Below the pieces are notes generated by a model. That model ran no database searches and was not told the origin of the DNA. It worked only from the letters and a program-made list of their open reading frames with translations. A program made the translations under genes and the position numbers. A stretch of 64,000 nucleotides of DNA from positions 1,860,001-1,924,000 of the forward strand of contig CAKKNE010000004.1 of assembly GCA_918797485.1 (NCBI GenBank), written 5' to 3'. Every line of letters starts with the position of its first letter. Position 1 is the stretch's first letter. Of the stretch, positions 22,484 to 33,223 are shown piece by piece. This DNA comes from Pelagomonas calceolata (taxonomy: Eukaryota).

Positions 22484-23066
22484 GGAGACGCGACCGACCG
22501 CGCCCCCCCGCCTACTAATGAAATAAATAATTACTAGTACTAGGAAAGGAACATTCTCTACTAGTAGAGAAGGAAAGCCCAGCCCGAGGCCCCACCGAAC
22601 ACGCTCTACTTAGTAGGTTGCAGTTATCCCTGGCCTACGATCCCGAACCCGGAATAATCGACATGGACGCCCTCGGTCTTTCAGATCGACGCGGAATTAC
22701 CACGGGCCGGCGAAAAACCAAAAAGGGCCGCCGACGCAAGACGCACGCTAGACGGAAGACCTAACCAAACACCCTCGCCAATCCTACAAAACCCGGGCTA
22801 GAGGGGCTATAGCTATAGCCCATATCCGTGTTGCCCGCCATCAGACTCTAAGTTCTGATTTGCGGGATCGGCGATGAGTCGGCGACGATGAGGCAGTCTG
22901 AGGGGGTGTCGCCCCGGGGTGCGGCTTCCAGGGCTTCCCGCGCGTAGTAGACACTAGCAAGCACGCACATATGTGTATATAGTTTAGCTGAAACCCAGAG
23001 ACATGCGCCAGACGCGGCGAGGCGGCCAGGACATGAGAGCCACCGGCATGCGCTAAGCAAAAAGCG

Positions 23067-24594
23067 ATGGGCGAGGCCGATGACGCCGCCGGGGATTTGC
23101 GCGCCGCCGGCCTGCTCCTCGCGCTCTACACGCTGCAGGGCATCCCCATGGGGCTGAGCGGCGCCGTGCCGCTCCTGCTGGCGGGCCGCGCGTCGTACGC
23201 GGAGCAGGCGCTGCTGTCGCTGGCGAGCCTGCCGTTCTCCCTCAAGCTCCTGTGGGCGCCCCTCGTCGACGCCGCGTACGTCCGCCGCTGGGGCCGGCGC
23301 AAGACGTGGCTCGTGCCGACGCAGCTGCTCATCGGCGCGACGATGCTCCTCTCCCGGGGGCGCGTCGACGCGTGGGTCGCCGCCGCCGCGCCGCCCGTGC
23401 CCCGGATCGCGGCGTACTTCGCGGCGCTCTACGCGCTCTGCGCGACGCAGGACGTCGCGGTCGACGGCTGGGCGCTGACCCTGCTGTCCAAGCGGCGCGC
23501 GGGGTGGGCCGCCACCTGCAACGGCGTCGGCCAGTCGCTGGGCTACGCCCTGAGCTACGTCGGCTTCGTGGCGCTGCACGCGCGCGGGCGCGTGTCGCTC
23601 GCGGCGTTCGTCGGCGCCTGCGGCGCCGGGTTTCTCCTCACGACGGCGGCCGTGGCGCTGGGCTGCCGCGAGCGGGCGGAGGCGGGCGCCGCGGTCGCGC
23701 CGCGCGCGGCCTACGGCCGCGCGCTCGCGGCGCTGCGCCTGCCGGCCGTGCGGCGCCTGGCCGTGGTGCTGCTCACGTGCAAGGCGGCCTTCGGCTGCGT
23801 GGACGGGGCGGCGCAGCTCGAGGCCGTCCGGCGCGGCCTGCCCACCGAGGCCGTCGCGGCGCTCGCGCCCCCGCTGCTCCTGGCGTCCGTGGCGCTGCCG
23901 CTCGCGGCCGCGCGGTGGACCGCGGGGCCGCGGCCGCTCTCGTCCGCCTTCCTCTGGGGCTTCCGGCTGCGCCTCGCGCTCAACCCGCTCACGTACGTCG
24001 TGCTGCGGTGCGTCGAGGCCGCGCCGGCGTCGCGCCGCGCGTACCGCGCGTACGCCGCGCTCGCCCTGCTGCGGGAGGCGGGGTCCACCCTCATGTTCAC
24101 GAGCATGATGGCCTTCTTCGCCCGGGTCGCGGACCCGGGCCTCGGGGGCACCTACATGACGCTCCTGAACACGCTGGCGAACGTCGGCGCCAAGTGGCCG
24201 CCGTCGCCTGTGTGGAAATCAACCAAGTGCGACGGGTGCACCCGACAATTCTTCACTAAGTCATTTCTCGGCAATGACGCGGCCGTCATGGCTCGGTCGA
24301 GCGGCGAGGAACCGGCATCGCCACGCCATCGAGCAGGCGTCGCGTCGATGGCGTGGAGGACGACGCGATGATTCATCACGAACGCGCCGTAAAATTTGAT
24401 TTCCACACAGGCCGTCGCTGGCGCTCTGGGGCCTTGGGGCCCTGGCGGGGGCGAGCGGGGACCCGCTGCGCGTCGAGCTGCTGGCGTGCACCGCCGCGGG
24501 GGGCCTCTGGGTCGTGGGCTTCCCCGCGTTCCTGCGGCGGCTCGAGGCGGTGCCCCGGGAGCGGTGGCGGCCGGGCGCCCGGAAGGCGTCCTAG
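23067..24594 (+). CDS. SLC33A1: Acetyl-CoA transporter 1 (AmpG/SLC33A1 MFS family), two exons
   Basis: LYTLQGIPMGL, PFSLKLLWAPLVD, ATQDVAVDGWALTLL and GGTYMTLLNTLAN motifs. Splicing 24200-24410 restores KWPPSLALW...RKAS*. Confidence 0.93.
24208..24410. mobile_element. Intact introner (MITE-like); intron 24200-24410 (GC-AG, 211 nt)
   Basis: Perfect 15-bp TIR ctgtgtggaaatcaa/ttgatttccacacag and perfect 8-bp TSD gccgtcgc (24200-24207, 24411-24418). Body nearly identical to 52870-53060. Confidence 0.97.
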
Positions 24595-25200
24595 GGAGTC
24601 CGCGGTGCGCGTCGGCGAGCGGCCCCGGGACCCGACGCCCCGCGGGGCTTAAACTTATGTATTCGCATGCTCGGGGAGTCGGGCTCGGACGTCACGGTAG
24701 CGGCGTCACGACGTGCGTCACGGTGCCACCGGCGACGGCGACGAGGGGTCGGGCTCTTAGGAGCTTGTGTCTTTTTTCTTTAAGTTTGCTTTGCTTAGAG
24801 CTAGGCCGCCTAGCCACGTCCCGCCGCGGGGGCTGCGTGACCGAACGCCCGCCCCGCCCCCGTAAGTTTACTATTCGGAGTCATCATGATGCCATGGGAA
24901 GGGCTCCATGCCATAGCTGGCGTGTCGCCCTTGGGCAGCCTGGGGGCGCGGGGCGAAAAGCGCCGAGGGCTGTGATGTGGACCATTGTGGCCTCCGTCCT
25001 CGATTTCTAAGATATAGATATAAGTACGAATACGTACAAAAACTGTGCTGTAGAGCTAGGCTGCCTAGCCAGCGCCTCCCTGCGTAACCGCCCGCCCGCC
25101 GCGCCCCCGGCCCTCAGACGCCGTCGTCGCCCCGAGAGCATTGTACCGAGATCGAGCTTTTAGGGACCATGGCGTGTCCCTCCGCGATTCCTAATTAGAG

Positions 25201-26439
25201 ATGACGAGGCCGTGGATGGCGGTGCGGCTCGCGACCCTCCTCGCGGCGGCCGCCCAGGAGCCGCACGTGCCGGACCCGGAGGTCGGCCGCATCGTCGACG
25301 CGGTCGCGGCGCAGTTCGTGGCGGCGGGCGGCCGCGGGTTCGAGGGCTGGGAGCCGAAGCGGCTGAAGGAGGCCGCGCGCGCGTACCACGCGCGCATCAC
25401 GCCGCTGGCGATGCCGTGGCGCCGCGGCGCGGACACGGCCGACACGTTCGTGCGGCCGGCGGCGCCGCCGCGCGTCCCGAACATCGCGCACTGGGCCTGG
25501 CGCGACGGCGACGCGGACTGGACGCTCGCGCTGAGCGTGGCGATGGCGGCCGTCGTCCAGCGGCCCGAGGCCCTGTACCTGCACACCGGCCCCCTCGCGG
25601 CGGGCGCCACGGCGTACACGGAGCCCCAGACGCCGGCCGGCCGCGCGGCGCTGCGGTGCCTCCGCGCGGCCGGCGCGCAGGAGGTGCGGCACGCGGCGGA
25701 CCCCGCCCCCGGGGGCGGCCGGCACCCCTGGGCCGAGGTCCTGGGCCGGGGGCGGCGCGTCCGCTCGAAGCAGACCTTCGCGCACCTGTCGGACGTCACG
25801 CGGCTCAAGACCATCCTGGACATGGGCGGCATCTACCTCGACCGCGACGCGTTCCTGCACCGGCGCGTGGACCACTACCGCTGGCGCCACGACGCCGTGC
25901 TCGGCCTGGAGCCCTCGAACTTTGAGCGCGACCGCGTCGCGAACTTCGGGTGCCTGATGGCGCGGCCGAACTCCACGTTCTTCCAGCTGTTCTGGGACGG
26001 CGCGGGGCGCGCGGCGTACGCGAACACGTCGTACCTGAGGACGTGGGGCGGCTGGGCCCACGACTCGTGCCGCAAGTCGTACGCGCTCGCGATGAAGCGT
26101 CCCGACCTCGTCCACCTCGAAGCGCGGCTACTCCAGTACCCGTTCCCGGGCCACGGCGCCGCGCGCGGCGGCGTGACGCGGGCGCTGCTGGACCTGACGC
26201 GGCGGAGCGAGGTCTGCCACATGTCGGGCTTCAAGTGGAACGGCGGCCGCACGCACCAACTCCGCATGAGGCCCTCCATCTTCGGCGAGGTGCTGTGGCC
26301 GAACGTGCTCCGGGCGGCGGCGGCGGAGCCGCCGCTGCCGCCCGAACTGCTGCGGTGCGTCCGCTGGCTCGGCGACACGCTCGTGAACGAGTCCTACATG
26401 CCGGAGGCCGCCAACGCCGCCGCGCAGGGGTGGCGCTAA
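25201..26439 (+). CDS. Glycosyltransferase with DxD sugar-binding region (GT32-like)
   Basis: VPNIAHW, AHLSDVTRLKTILDMGGIYLDRD, signal peptide. Confidence 0.85.
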   Translation: MTRPWMAVRLATLLAAAAQEPHVPDPEVGRIVDAVAAQFVAAGGRGFEGWEPKRLKEAARAYHARITPLAMPWRRGADTADTFVRPAAPPRVPNIAHWAWRDGDADWTLALSVAMAAVVQRPEALYLHTGPLAAGATAYTEPQTPAGRAALRCLRAAGAQEVRHAADPAPGGGRHPWAEVLGRGRRVRSKQTFAHLSDVTRLKTILDMGGIYLDRDAFLHRRVDHYRWRHDAVLGLEPSNFERDRVANFGCLMARPNSTFFQLFWDGAGRAAYANTSYLRTWGGWAHDSCRKSYALAMKRPDLVHLEARLLQYPFPGHGAARGGVTRALLDLTRRSEVCHMSGFKWNGGRTHQLRMRPSIFGEVLWPNVLRAAAAEPPLPPELLRCVRWLGDTLVNESYMPEAANAAAQGWR

Positions 26440-26721
26440 GACGCTTCTCCAGGTATTTCTGCTCCGGCCTAGTGGGCGACGGCACGCTAGAGCGACTTGG
26501 CCTATTGGTCTTTTAGGTGTGCGGCGGGGTGTCGCTCGCGAGCTGCGAGGGTACGACAGCTGCGGTGCTTGGATACGTCGGGTTGTGCTTGGATACGTCT
26601 CAGTTGAACCTTGGGATCCTACTAGACGTGTATTTCCTCCTCCTCGAGGGAGTCCTCCTCGAAGACCAGCTCGTCGTCGTCGGCCAGCGGCGGCGGCGGC
26701 GGCGCGGCACCTAGCATAACG

Positions 26722-26790
26722 CACCGAGCAGGAAGAAGGCTCTTAGGAGCTTGTTCTCTTTTTTAGGTTTTCCTTAATTCATTTATTTAC
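26722..26790 (+). mobile_element. Short 3'-end fragment of the LINE-like family at 37864-38150
   Basis: accgagcaggaagaaggctcttaggagcttgttc...tttaggttttccttaattcattta matches the reverse complement of 37870-37946. A second (TTTA)n tail lies at 26861-26894. Confidence 0.7.
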
Positions 26791-27629
26791 TTGTATACCC
26801 CCTACTATCACTAGCGACCGTTTCGCGTCGCCAAACGCACCCGGGCTGCCCGCAGCCCCGTCCTTAATTTATTTATTTATTTATTTATTTATTATCTAAT
26901 TGTTTATTTGTTTGCTTCGCTTAGAGCTGGGCTGCCGAGCCACCATAGCACCGGAGGGTTCCTAGGCGGGGAGAAACGTACCGGCAGACGCCTCGGTACA
27001 AGCATGGCGTCCAACGACTTAAATCTAATCTAGTAGAGTAACGAGGCTTTTCAAGTTTATGAAGCTGCCACGAACATACGCCGAGCGTCACGGCGAAGCG
27101 ATCTTTGCGTGCGAAATGACCGCCGGTCGACTGCCAGCTCATGGCGACGACGCGCGTCCGCGTGTCGCGAAAGGCAGCCACTGGTGCCCGCCCGACAACG
27201 CCCGCACGTACGCCAGCCGGTACCCGCGCGGCGCGAGCGACGCCTTGGCAGCCGGAGCGATACCGATGCATTAACCTCGCGAAGTCTAAGCTCCTGGCGC
27301 AGCGTCCGTCGCGGCGTCGCGGCGCTCGGAGCCAAGGCATCAAAGTCGAACCCCCCATCGTCCCCAGCCCGTTGCGATCGCCCTTTCGCGATCAACTAAG
27401 ACGCCTAGCCGCACCCCTAGCGATCCCCTAGCGGGCATGCTGACGGTCGCGGTACCCATGGGCGCTAGGTCATGAGTAAGGAAGGAAGGTAACGCAGTTC
27501 AGGCGGCGATTGCAGATATTCCCGCAACGCAGGGAGCTACGCAATTGACCTTCCCAAAGTAACTCAGGATAGGCGGCCTAGCCGCCCGGAGTTCACCAAT
27601 CTAACTGTACTAGCTGAAGAAAACGAGCG

Positions 27630-28601
27630 ATGTCAATTAAGCCCTCTGAGCTGCTCCCCTCCGTCCACGCCTACCTCTCCACGCGCTACCCCAAGGCCGC
27701 GAAGGCGCTGCAGAAGGAGGCGCTCTTGGCGGCGCCCGCGCGGGACGCGGTCGTGCCGCTAGAGGCCGCCGCCGCCGCCTGGTCCCGGAGACAAGCGCGA
27801 CGGGGCCTCGACGGCGCCGCGGACCTCCCGCGCGCGGTGCACAGCTTCCTCGCCGACTGCAAGCTCGAGCGGGCCGCGAAGGCGTTGCGCAAGGAGGGCC
27901 GCCTGCGAGGCGCCGCCTCGCCGGCGGCGCCGCTTCTCGAGATGGCGCGCCTCCACGCGCGGCGCGCGGCGCGCGGCAGCGCGCAAATACGGCTTCGCGC
28001 GACGCCTCGGGCGGTCTGGGCGCACCCGACTCACTGGTTAATTCGCACGCAGGCGCGGCGCGCGGCGCGGCGCGGGGCGGCGGCGGCGGCGGCGGACGGC
28101 GCGGCGCCGGCGAAGGAAAAGAAGCGGCGGGCGGCGGGCGGCGGCGGCGCGGCGGCGCCGCCGAAGAAGAAGAAGCGGCGGGGCCGGAGCGCGAGCGAGG
28201 AGCTGCGCGCGGCCGAGGCGCGCGCGGCGGCCGACGCGGCCGAGCGCCGCGCGGCGGCCGACGCGGTCGCGGCGTGGGTCGCGCGGCAGGACGCGGCGCC
28301 GGCGCCGGCGGCGGCGCCGGCCAAGAAGAAGGCGCCGCGCGCGCCGGGCCGCCAGTTCGAGCGCGTCGACAGCGCGCGGTGGCTCGCGGCCATAAGCGAC
28401 GAGCGGCTCAAGGACAACTCGTACGAGGGGACGTACGGCGCCGGCGGCTGGGGCGCGCGGGCGTCCGCGAAGCTCGGCAAGGTTCGCGGCAAGGACTTCC
28501 GCCACGAGAAGACGAAGAAGAAGCGTGGCGGCTACCGCGGCGGCGCCGTCGACCTCGGCTCGAACTCGATCAAGTTCGCCGACTCGGACGACGACGACTA
28601 A
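27630..28601 (+). CDS. SRP40: Nucleolar SRP40/Nopp140-like protein (LisH-like repeats + SRP40 C-terminal domain)
   Basis: LKDNSY..WGARASAKLGKVRGKDFRHEKTKKKRGGYRGG..SNSIKF. Contains an in-frame degenerate introner. Confidence 0.9.
   Translation: MSIKPSELLPSVHAYLSTRYPKAAKALQKEALLAAPARDAVVPLEAAAAAWSRRQARRGLDGAADLPRAVHSFLADCKLERAAKALRKEGRLRGAASPAAPLLEMARLHARRAARGSAQIRLRATPRAVWAHPTHWLIRTQARRAARRGAAAAAADGAAPAKEKKRRAAGGGGAAAPPKKKKRRGRSASEELRAAEARAAADAAERRAAADAVAAWVARQDAAPAPAAAPAKKKAPRAPGRQFERVDSARWLAAISDERLKDNSYEGTYGAGGWGARASAKLGKVRGKDFRHEKTKKKRGGYRGGAVDLGSNSIKFADSDDDD
27977..28052 (+). mobile_element. Degenerate in-frame introner (intron ends 28052; donor GC at 27969 or 27957)
   Basis: 3' end gcacccgactcactggttaattcgcacgcag matches the family end cactggttgatttccacacag. 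Flanked by duplicated gcgcggcgcgcggcgcg. Confidence 0.75.
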
Positions 28602-28603
28602 GT

Positions 28604-29788
28604 TTACGCCGGTCGCGAGACGTCCACCCCGCCCCCGGGCCGCTGGGCGAGGGCCCAGAGGCACACGAAGGTCGTGTGGAGCGTGCCGCCGACCTCGACG
28701 TCGTAGGCGGGGATCCCCTTCGCCGCGCGGACGCGCGCGGCGTCGTGGGTCTCGCCGAAGGAGCCGTCGGCGTTGCGCCGCGACGCGACGTAGTCCGCGG
28801 CCTGGCGGTAGAGCTCGCCGAGCGCGTCGCCGCCGGCGCGCGCGCCGAGCTGGCCCAGGTTCGCCAGCAGCTCGCACGCGGCGTCCAGCGCGTCGCGGCG
28901 CACGCAGACCTTGAGCAGCGCCGCGGCCGTGCGGAGCGCGTACGCGTGGTCCGAGAGCGGCGCGTCGGCCGCGAGGGCGGCGGCCGGGTCCCCGGCCCCG
29001 GGGAACGGCGCGCGGCCGTCGCGCGTCAGCGCGAAGACCTCGTGCGTGAGGTCGTAGGGCCGGTCCGCGGAGAGGAGGAACCACGCGAGGGGCCGGCGCC
29101 GCGCGACGTGCGTCGCGCGGCGCGTCGCGCGCTCGAAGGCGACCAGGTCCGCCTCCGCGGCGAGGCCCAGGCCCCGGAAGAGCTTGGCGAAGTTCAGGCG
29201 CTGGTCGACGCCGCGGCCCGCGACGTGGCGCCAGAACGCGGGCATGGCCGCCGCCGCCCGGGCGCGCCAGGCCGCCAGGAGCGGCCCGGGCGCGCCCAGC
29301 TCGCCGCTCAGGTAGAGCGCGCGCAGGTACGACATCGAGTCCTCGCGCCACCGCGCCGACGCCTCCCGCTGACCGAGGAACGCGTGGTACGCCTCGGCCG
29401 CGGCGGCCCGCTCGACGGCCCGCAGCGCCCGCGCGCGGGCCGCCCCGTCGCCCAGCTCCGCCGCGAGGCGCTGCAGATCCAAGTACTCGGCGAAGTGCTT
29501 GCAGCCCTTCATCCCGAGGCGGTCCCGGACGTGGACGGGGTCCCGCGCCGCGATCGCCTCGTCCGCCCAGCGGGCCGCCTCGGCCGCCATCGTCGCGAGC
29601 GGCGCCGCCGCCGCCGGCGCCTTGGCGTACACGGCGGACGCGTTGCGCGGCGGCGCCGCGGCGGCGACCGCGACCGCGCCGTACGCGTCGATCGCCTCGA
29701 GCGCGAGCCGGGCGGCGCGCGCGGCCGGGTCGGTCGCCGCGCCACGCCACGCGGCGAGCCCGGCGAGCACAGTGCGGGCCGCCCCCAT
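28604..29788 (-). CDS. Hypothetical secreted protein, possible alpha/alpha-toroid (prenyltransferase-like) fold
   Basis: Host-like ORF with motifs PYDLTHEVFALT, YVASRRNADGSFG and LHTTFVCLWAL. Confidence 0.6.
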   Translation of the reverse strand: MGAARTVLAGLAAWRGAATDPAARAARLALEAIDAYGAVAVAAAAPPRNASAVYAKAPAAAAPLATMAAEAARWADEAIAARDPVHVRDRLGMKGCKHFAEYLDLQRLAAELGDGAARARALRAVERAAAAEAYHAFLGQREASARWREDSMSYLRALYLSGELGAPGPLLAAWRARAAAAMPAFWRHVAGRGVDQRLNFAKLFRGLGLAAEADLVAFERATRRATHVARRRPLAWFLLSADRPYDLTHEVFALTRDGRAPFPGAGDPAAALAADAPLSDHAYALRTAAALLKVCVRRDALDAACELLANLGQLGARAGGDALGELYRQAADYVASRRNADGSFGETHDAARVRAAKGIPAYDVEVGGTLHTTFVCLWALAQRPGGGVDVSRPA

Positions 29789-30087
29789 GCGCTGCAGGAC
29801 AGCCAGGTCGTGGTCAGGGTGTGTCGCGCAAGCGGCTCGGCAGCCTTTCCTGACGAGCACTCACGCGCGTTGCGGGCGCGCTAGTATTTGAGATGCACTC
29901 AAACAATGATTGCCATACTTTGCGGTCCTGCCCAGGTTGGCGGCCGTAAGGAACTTGTAACACTGGGGGGCAGCTCCGAGCGCCTGGGAGGGCCGACGGG
30001 GGCTCCCGCGACGTAAATAGCCTGAGCCTGAGCCCAGGAAGGAGGTATCAGCCCCCAGAGGAAACCAACTCGCATCCGTTCGCATCA

Positions 30088-30888
30088 ATGCTCCTCGCCC
30101 GGCTGACCCTCGCTTGCGCCGCGGGATCGCACGCGCTCGCGGCACAACGCCTGGGGCCCGGCATCTCGCTCCCGCGCGACTTCGCCGTCTACCCGCGAGC
30201 GGCGCTCCTCGACGACTTCGTCGAAACGCTCGACGCGGCCACCGGGGCCGGCCTGGCGCGCGTGCGCGCCACGTTCGGCGCGCCGGACCTCGCGCTCGCC
30301 GCGGCGGCGAGCGGCGCCGCCGCCGCGGGCCGCGCGGGCGCCGACGCCGACGAGGCCGCGCTGCGTCCCGTCGTGACCGCGGTCGCGCGGGCCTGGCGCC
30401 ACGGGAACGTGCGCGTCCTCTCGGGCGCGGCGCGCGGCGCGCGGACGCTCGGCAGCGCGGCGCGCGCCGCGGCGCGCGGCGCGCCGCCCCCGGCGGGCGG
30501 AGACCTCACGGTGGTCGTGGCGCCGACGTCCGTCGAGCGGCTCCAGCTGGTGTGCGCGAACGCCGCGCGGGACGGCGCGTGCTTACTTCTGCTCAACCCG
30601 AGGTTGGCGCTGCCGTCGCCCGTCGCGGCCGGCGCGACGATGGCGCCGCTGCTCCTGTCGGATTTCGAACGAATCTACGAGGCCTCGGCCGACGCGCTCC
30701 GCGTCGCCGGCCCCGGCGACCACGGCGTCGCGCTCCACCGCCGCTGGCCGGACAAGCGGTACCGCCTCTTCGCGCGCGACGGCGACCGCTTCGACTTCGT
30801 CGGCAACAGCGCGCGTCGGCCCGGCGCCGACCAGCTGCGGGCGATCTACGCGGAGACGACGCGCCACCGCGTCTACGACGGAAGCTAG
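30088..30888 (+). CDS. DUF1995-like putative plastid protein
   Basis: Signal-like N-terminus, LLLLNPRL, ALHRRWPDKRYRLF..RP C-terminal pattern. Confidence 0.55.
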   Translation: MLLARLTLACAAGSHALAAQRLGPGISLPRDFAVYPRAALLDDFVETLDAATGAGLARVRATFGAPDLALAAAASGAAAAGRAGADADEAALRPVVTAVARAWRHGNVRVLSGAARGARTLGSAARAAARGAPPPAGGDLTVVVAPTSVERLQLVCANAARDGACLLLLNPRLALPSPVAAGATMAPLLLSDFERIYEASADALRVAGPGDHGVALHRRWPDKRYRLFARDGDRFDFVGNSARRPGADQLRAIYAETTRHRVYDGS

Positions 30889-30943
30889 GTATTTTCAACA
30901 TGCTTAGTAGATATCCCCCGGGCCGTGCGCGGAAAGGAGCGGG

Positions 30944-31760
30944 TCAGAACTCCTTCGTCGACGGAGGGTGGGCGGTCGCGAACCGGGACGGCGTCTGCAC
31001 GGCGCCGATGCACGTGAGGCCGAGCAGCGACACGGCGACGAAGGCGATGCCGACGAGGAGGCCGACGGCGGCGTCGGGCGTCAGGCGGACGCCGGCCGGC
31101 GTGGCCGGCGCGTCCGCGAGGCGGCGCCGCGGCGCGAGGCGCCGCGCGGGCGCCGCGCGGGCGCCGGCTTCGCCTGTGGGAAATCAACCAGTGAGCCAGG
31201 GTCCGCGACTCGCCTCGTTTCGACTCTCCCGCCGACGGCCTCGAGGACGACACCTTTTGACGTCCGCACCGGGCCGCGCCCGCGACGACGACGACGAAGG
31301 ACGTGCCCGCGGCGCGCTCCGCCGCCGCGACGAGGCCCGGCAGGGCCGCGTCCAGCTCCCCGAGCGACGGCGCGGCGGCGTCGACGACGACGGGCGCGGC
31401 GCCGCGCGCGAGCGCGGCCGCGGCGTCGAGCAGACCAACGGGACTGCGCGAAACGCCGACGCCGCCCTGTCCTTGGTCAAGGGCGAGTTCGACCGACGGG
31501 CGCGCGGCGACGAGCGCGGCGAGCGTGGGCGCGCCGCCGGCGGCGGTCGCGCGGGCGACGGCGGCGGCGGACGCGCCGGGCGCCGTGAGGAAGACGGCTA
31601 CGGCCGGGCGCCGCGCGAGGACCGCCTCGCGCAGCGCCGCGGCAGTGGCCTCCGCGCGCGCCGGCAGGAGGTCCGCCCGCCCGGCTAGGACGAACGCCGG
31701 CAGGAGCGGCTCCTGGGCGCTGGCGGCCGCCAGCACGAGCAATGTAAAGAAGACGTTCAT
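30944..31760 (-). CDS. V-ATPase accessory subunit Ac45/Voa1-like type I membrane protein, two exons
   Basis: Signal peptide MNVFFTLLVLAAASA. After splicing 31279-31174 the C-terminus reads VRLTPDAAVGLLVGIAFVAVSLLGLTCIGAVQTPSRF...KEF*, the Ac45/Voa1 TM pattern. Confidence 0.75.
31174..31271 (-). mobile_element. Degenerate introner; intron 31279-31174 (GC-AG, 106 nt)
   Basis: ctgtgggaaatcaaccagtgag ... ttgacgtccgcaccg. TSD ggcttcgc/ggccgcgc (6/8). Splicing restores the frame. Confidence 0.88.
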
Positions 31761-32246
31761 TTTTAACCGCTGCAATTGTGCGGTGGGAGCAGACTAGCGT
31801 GACATACTAGGTATACTTGGCGGCTGAGCCATCAGATTCTGGGCCTGAGGTCACGGGTGAATCTACGTTTGTGCACTTCAAGTTTAAATTTGTGAGTAAG
31901 AAAGAGCAAAATCATCATGATCATGATAGTTACGTTTTGCGTGTGTTAGATAGGGCGTATATGATTCTCCACACCTCGTCTTTCCGAAGCGTGCAAGCAT
32001 CTACGGGACTATGCAGAGTACCTACGGTACCGTAGGTACCTACGATAGTTGATACACGATGTTATACCGTAATGTATCATCTGATGTATCTAAGCTCCTC
32101 TAAGCTCTCAGAGTGCTGAATAAGCAGGGAGAAACCGCCCGCGCCGCTGCGGGTGTATCTACGCTCTGTGCTGAATAAGCCAGCGGAGGACCGCCGCATA
32201 AGCCGCGGGCGAACAAGCAGCGTTCCCGCGAGCGGGGCGCCCCACG

Positions 32247-32896
32247 ATGCCGACCGAGCTCAAGAGCGCGCCGGCGGTCAACCCGCTGAAGACCAAGTAC
32301 CTGTTCTCGGCCGGCGCGCCGTACGGGACCAGCGAGGGCACCGAGCGCTTCCCGGAGAAGACGCTCGAGTTCACGAACGCGGCGGCGGGCGAGACGTTCC
32401 ACTCGTCGTGCGCGGCGCGCGAGCGGAACCGGCGGGCCGCGACCGTGCCCCGCCCGCCCTACCGGGTCGCCGACACGGCGGCGCAGCGCTGGGACCGGGC
32501 GGCGAGCGAGGTCCCCTACGACGAGGCGACGCTGCGCCAGTCCTACGTCCGGACCGGCGCACGCGCCACATTTTCGCGCGGTCTCCATCATAACCTGGGG
32601 TTCGTTCGCCGCTCGGTTCGCGCCCGACTCACCGGTTGACGCGCGCGCAGGCCCGGACGCGGGACATCTACGCGGCCAACGTCGAGAAGAGCCGCGCGAC
32701 GCGCGACCCGATCACGTTCCAGCTGCACGACGCGTCGGGCGCCCTCAAGAAGGGCGGCGTCGCGGTCGAGGAGTCGGGTTGGGACCGACCCGCGCCCGGC
32801 GCGCGCGACGGCAACGACCGGGCGTTCCCGCTGCCCGAACGTGCGCGCAAGCTAATCCTCGCGCGGCTCCCGAAGTTCCTCGACGACGAGGCGTAG
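32247..32896 (+). CDS. Hypothetical protein, two exons
   Basis: Splicing 32547-32650 joins ...LRQSY|ARTRDIYAANVEK...DDEA*. Host-like GC3. Confidence 0.7.
32555..32650 (+). mobile_element. Degenerate introner; intron 32547-32650 (GT-AG, 104 nt)
   Basis: 3' end cccgactcaccggttgacgcgcgcgcag. TSD gtccggac/gcccggac (7/8). Confidence 0.85.
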
Positions 32897-33223
32897 CCGA
32901 TAAATACGTTGCAAACCGAGAGGACCAGTGGCGCGGATCGGCGGCGCGACAGATGCCAGTGGCGCGACATTGACCTTGAAACTAGGCGCGGCGGTGAGGA
33001 ACGACAAACTTGAAAAACAATAATAAATTAAGGAACAAGCTCGAGCCTTCCCCCTGAATGGTGTTACTCGGGGGCCGGGCGTGCTCATCAGGCCGCGCTG
33101 TTCGAAGCGTCCACTCCACCGCGGCGACCGCCTTTGGCGCAGCGAGTCGGAGGCTCCGCGGCGAGCCCCCCGCGGGGACCCCAAGGGCGGCGGTAATACT
33201 AGTACTAGTAGCCCGTCCTTTTT

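Noticed and set aside
24152..24406. Short ORFs containing WKST, HPTHWLISTQ, VEIK or DFHTG peptides (also 41198, 46525, 52872)
   Set aside because: These are translations of introner TIRs, not proteins.
26500..27430. Coding-like scraps (minus-strand PPPLADDDELVFEED; ORFs 27057-27431)
   Set aside because: No start/stop structure or recognisable family.
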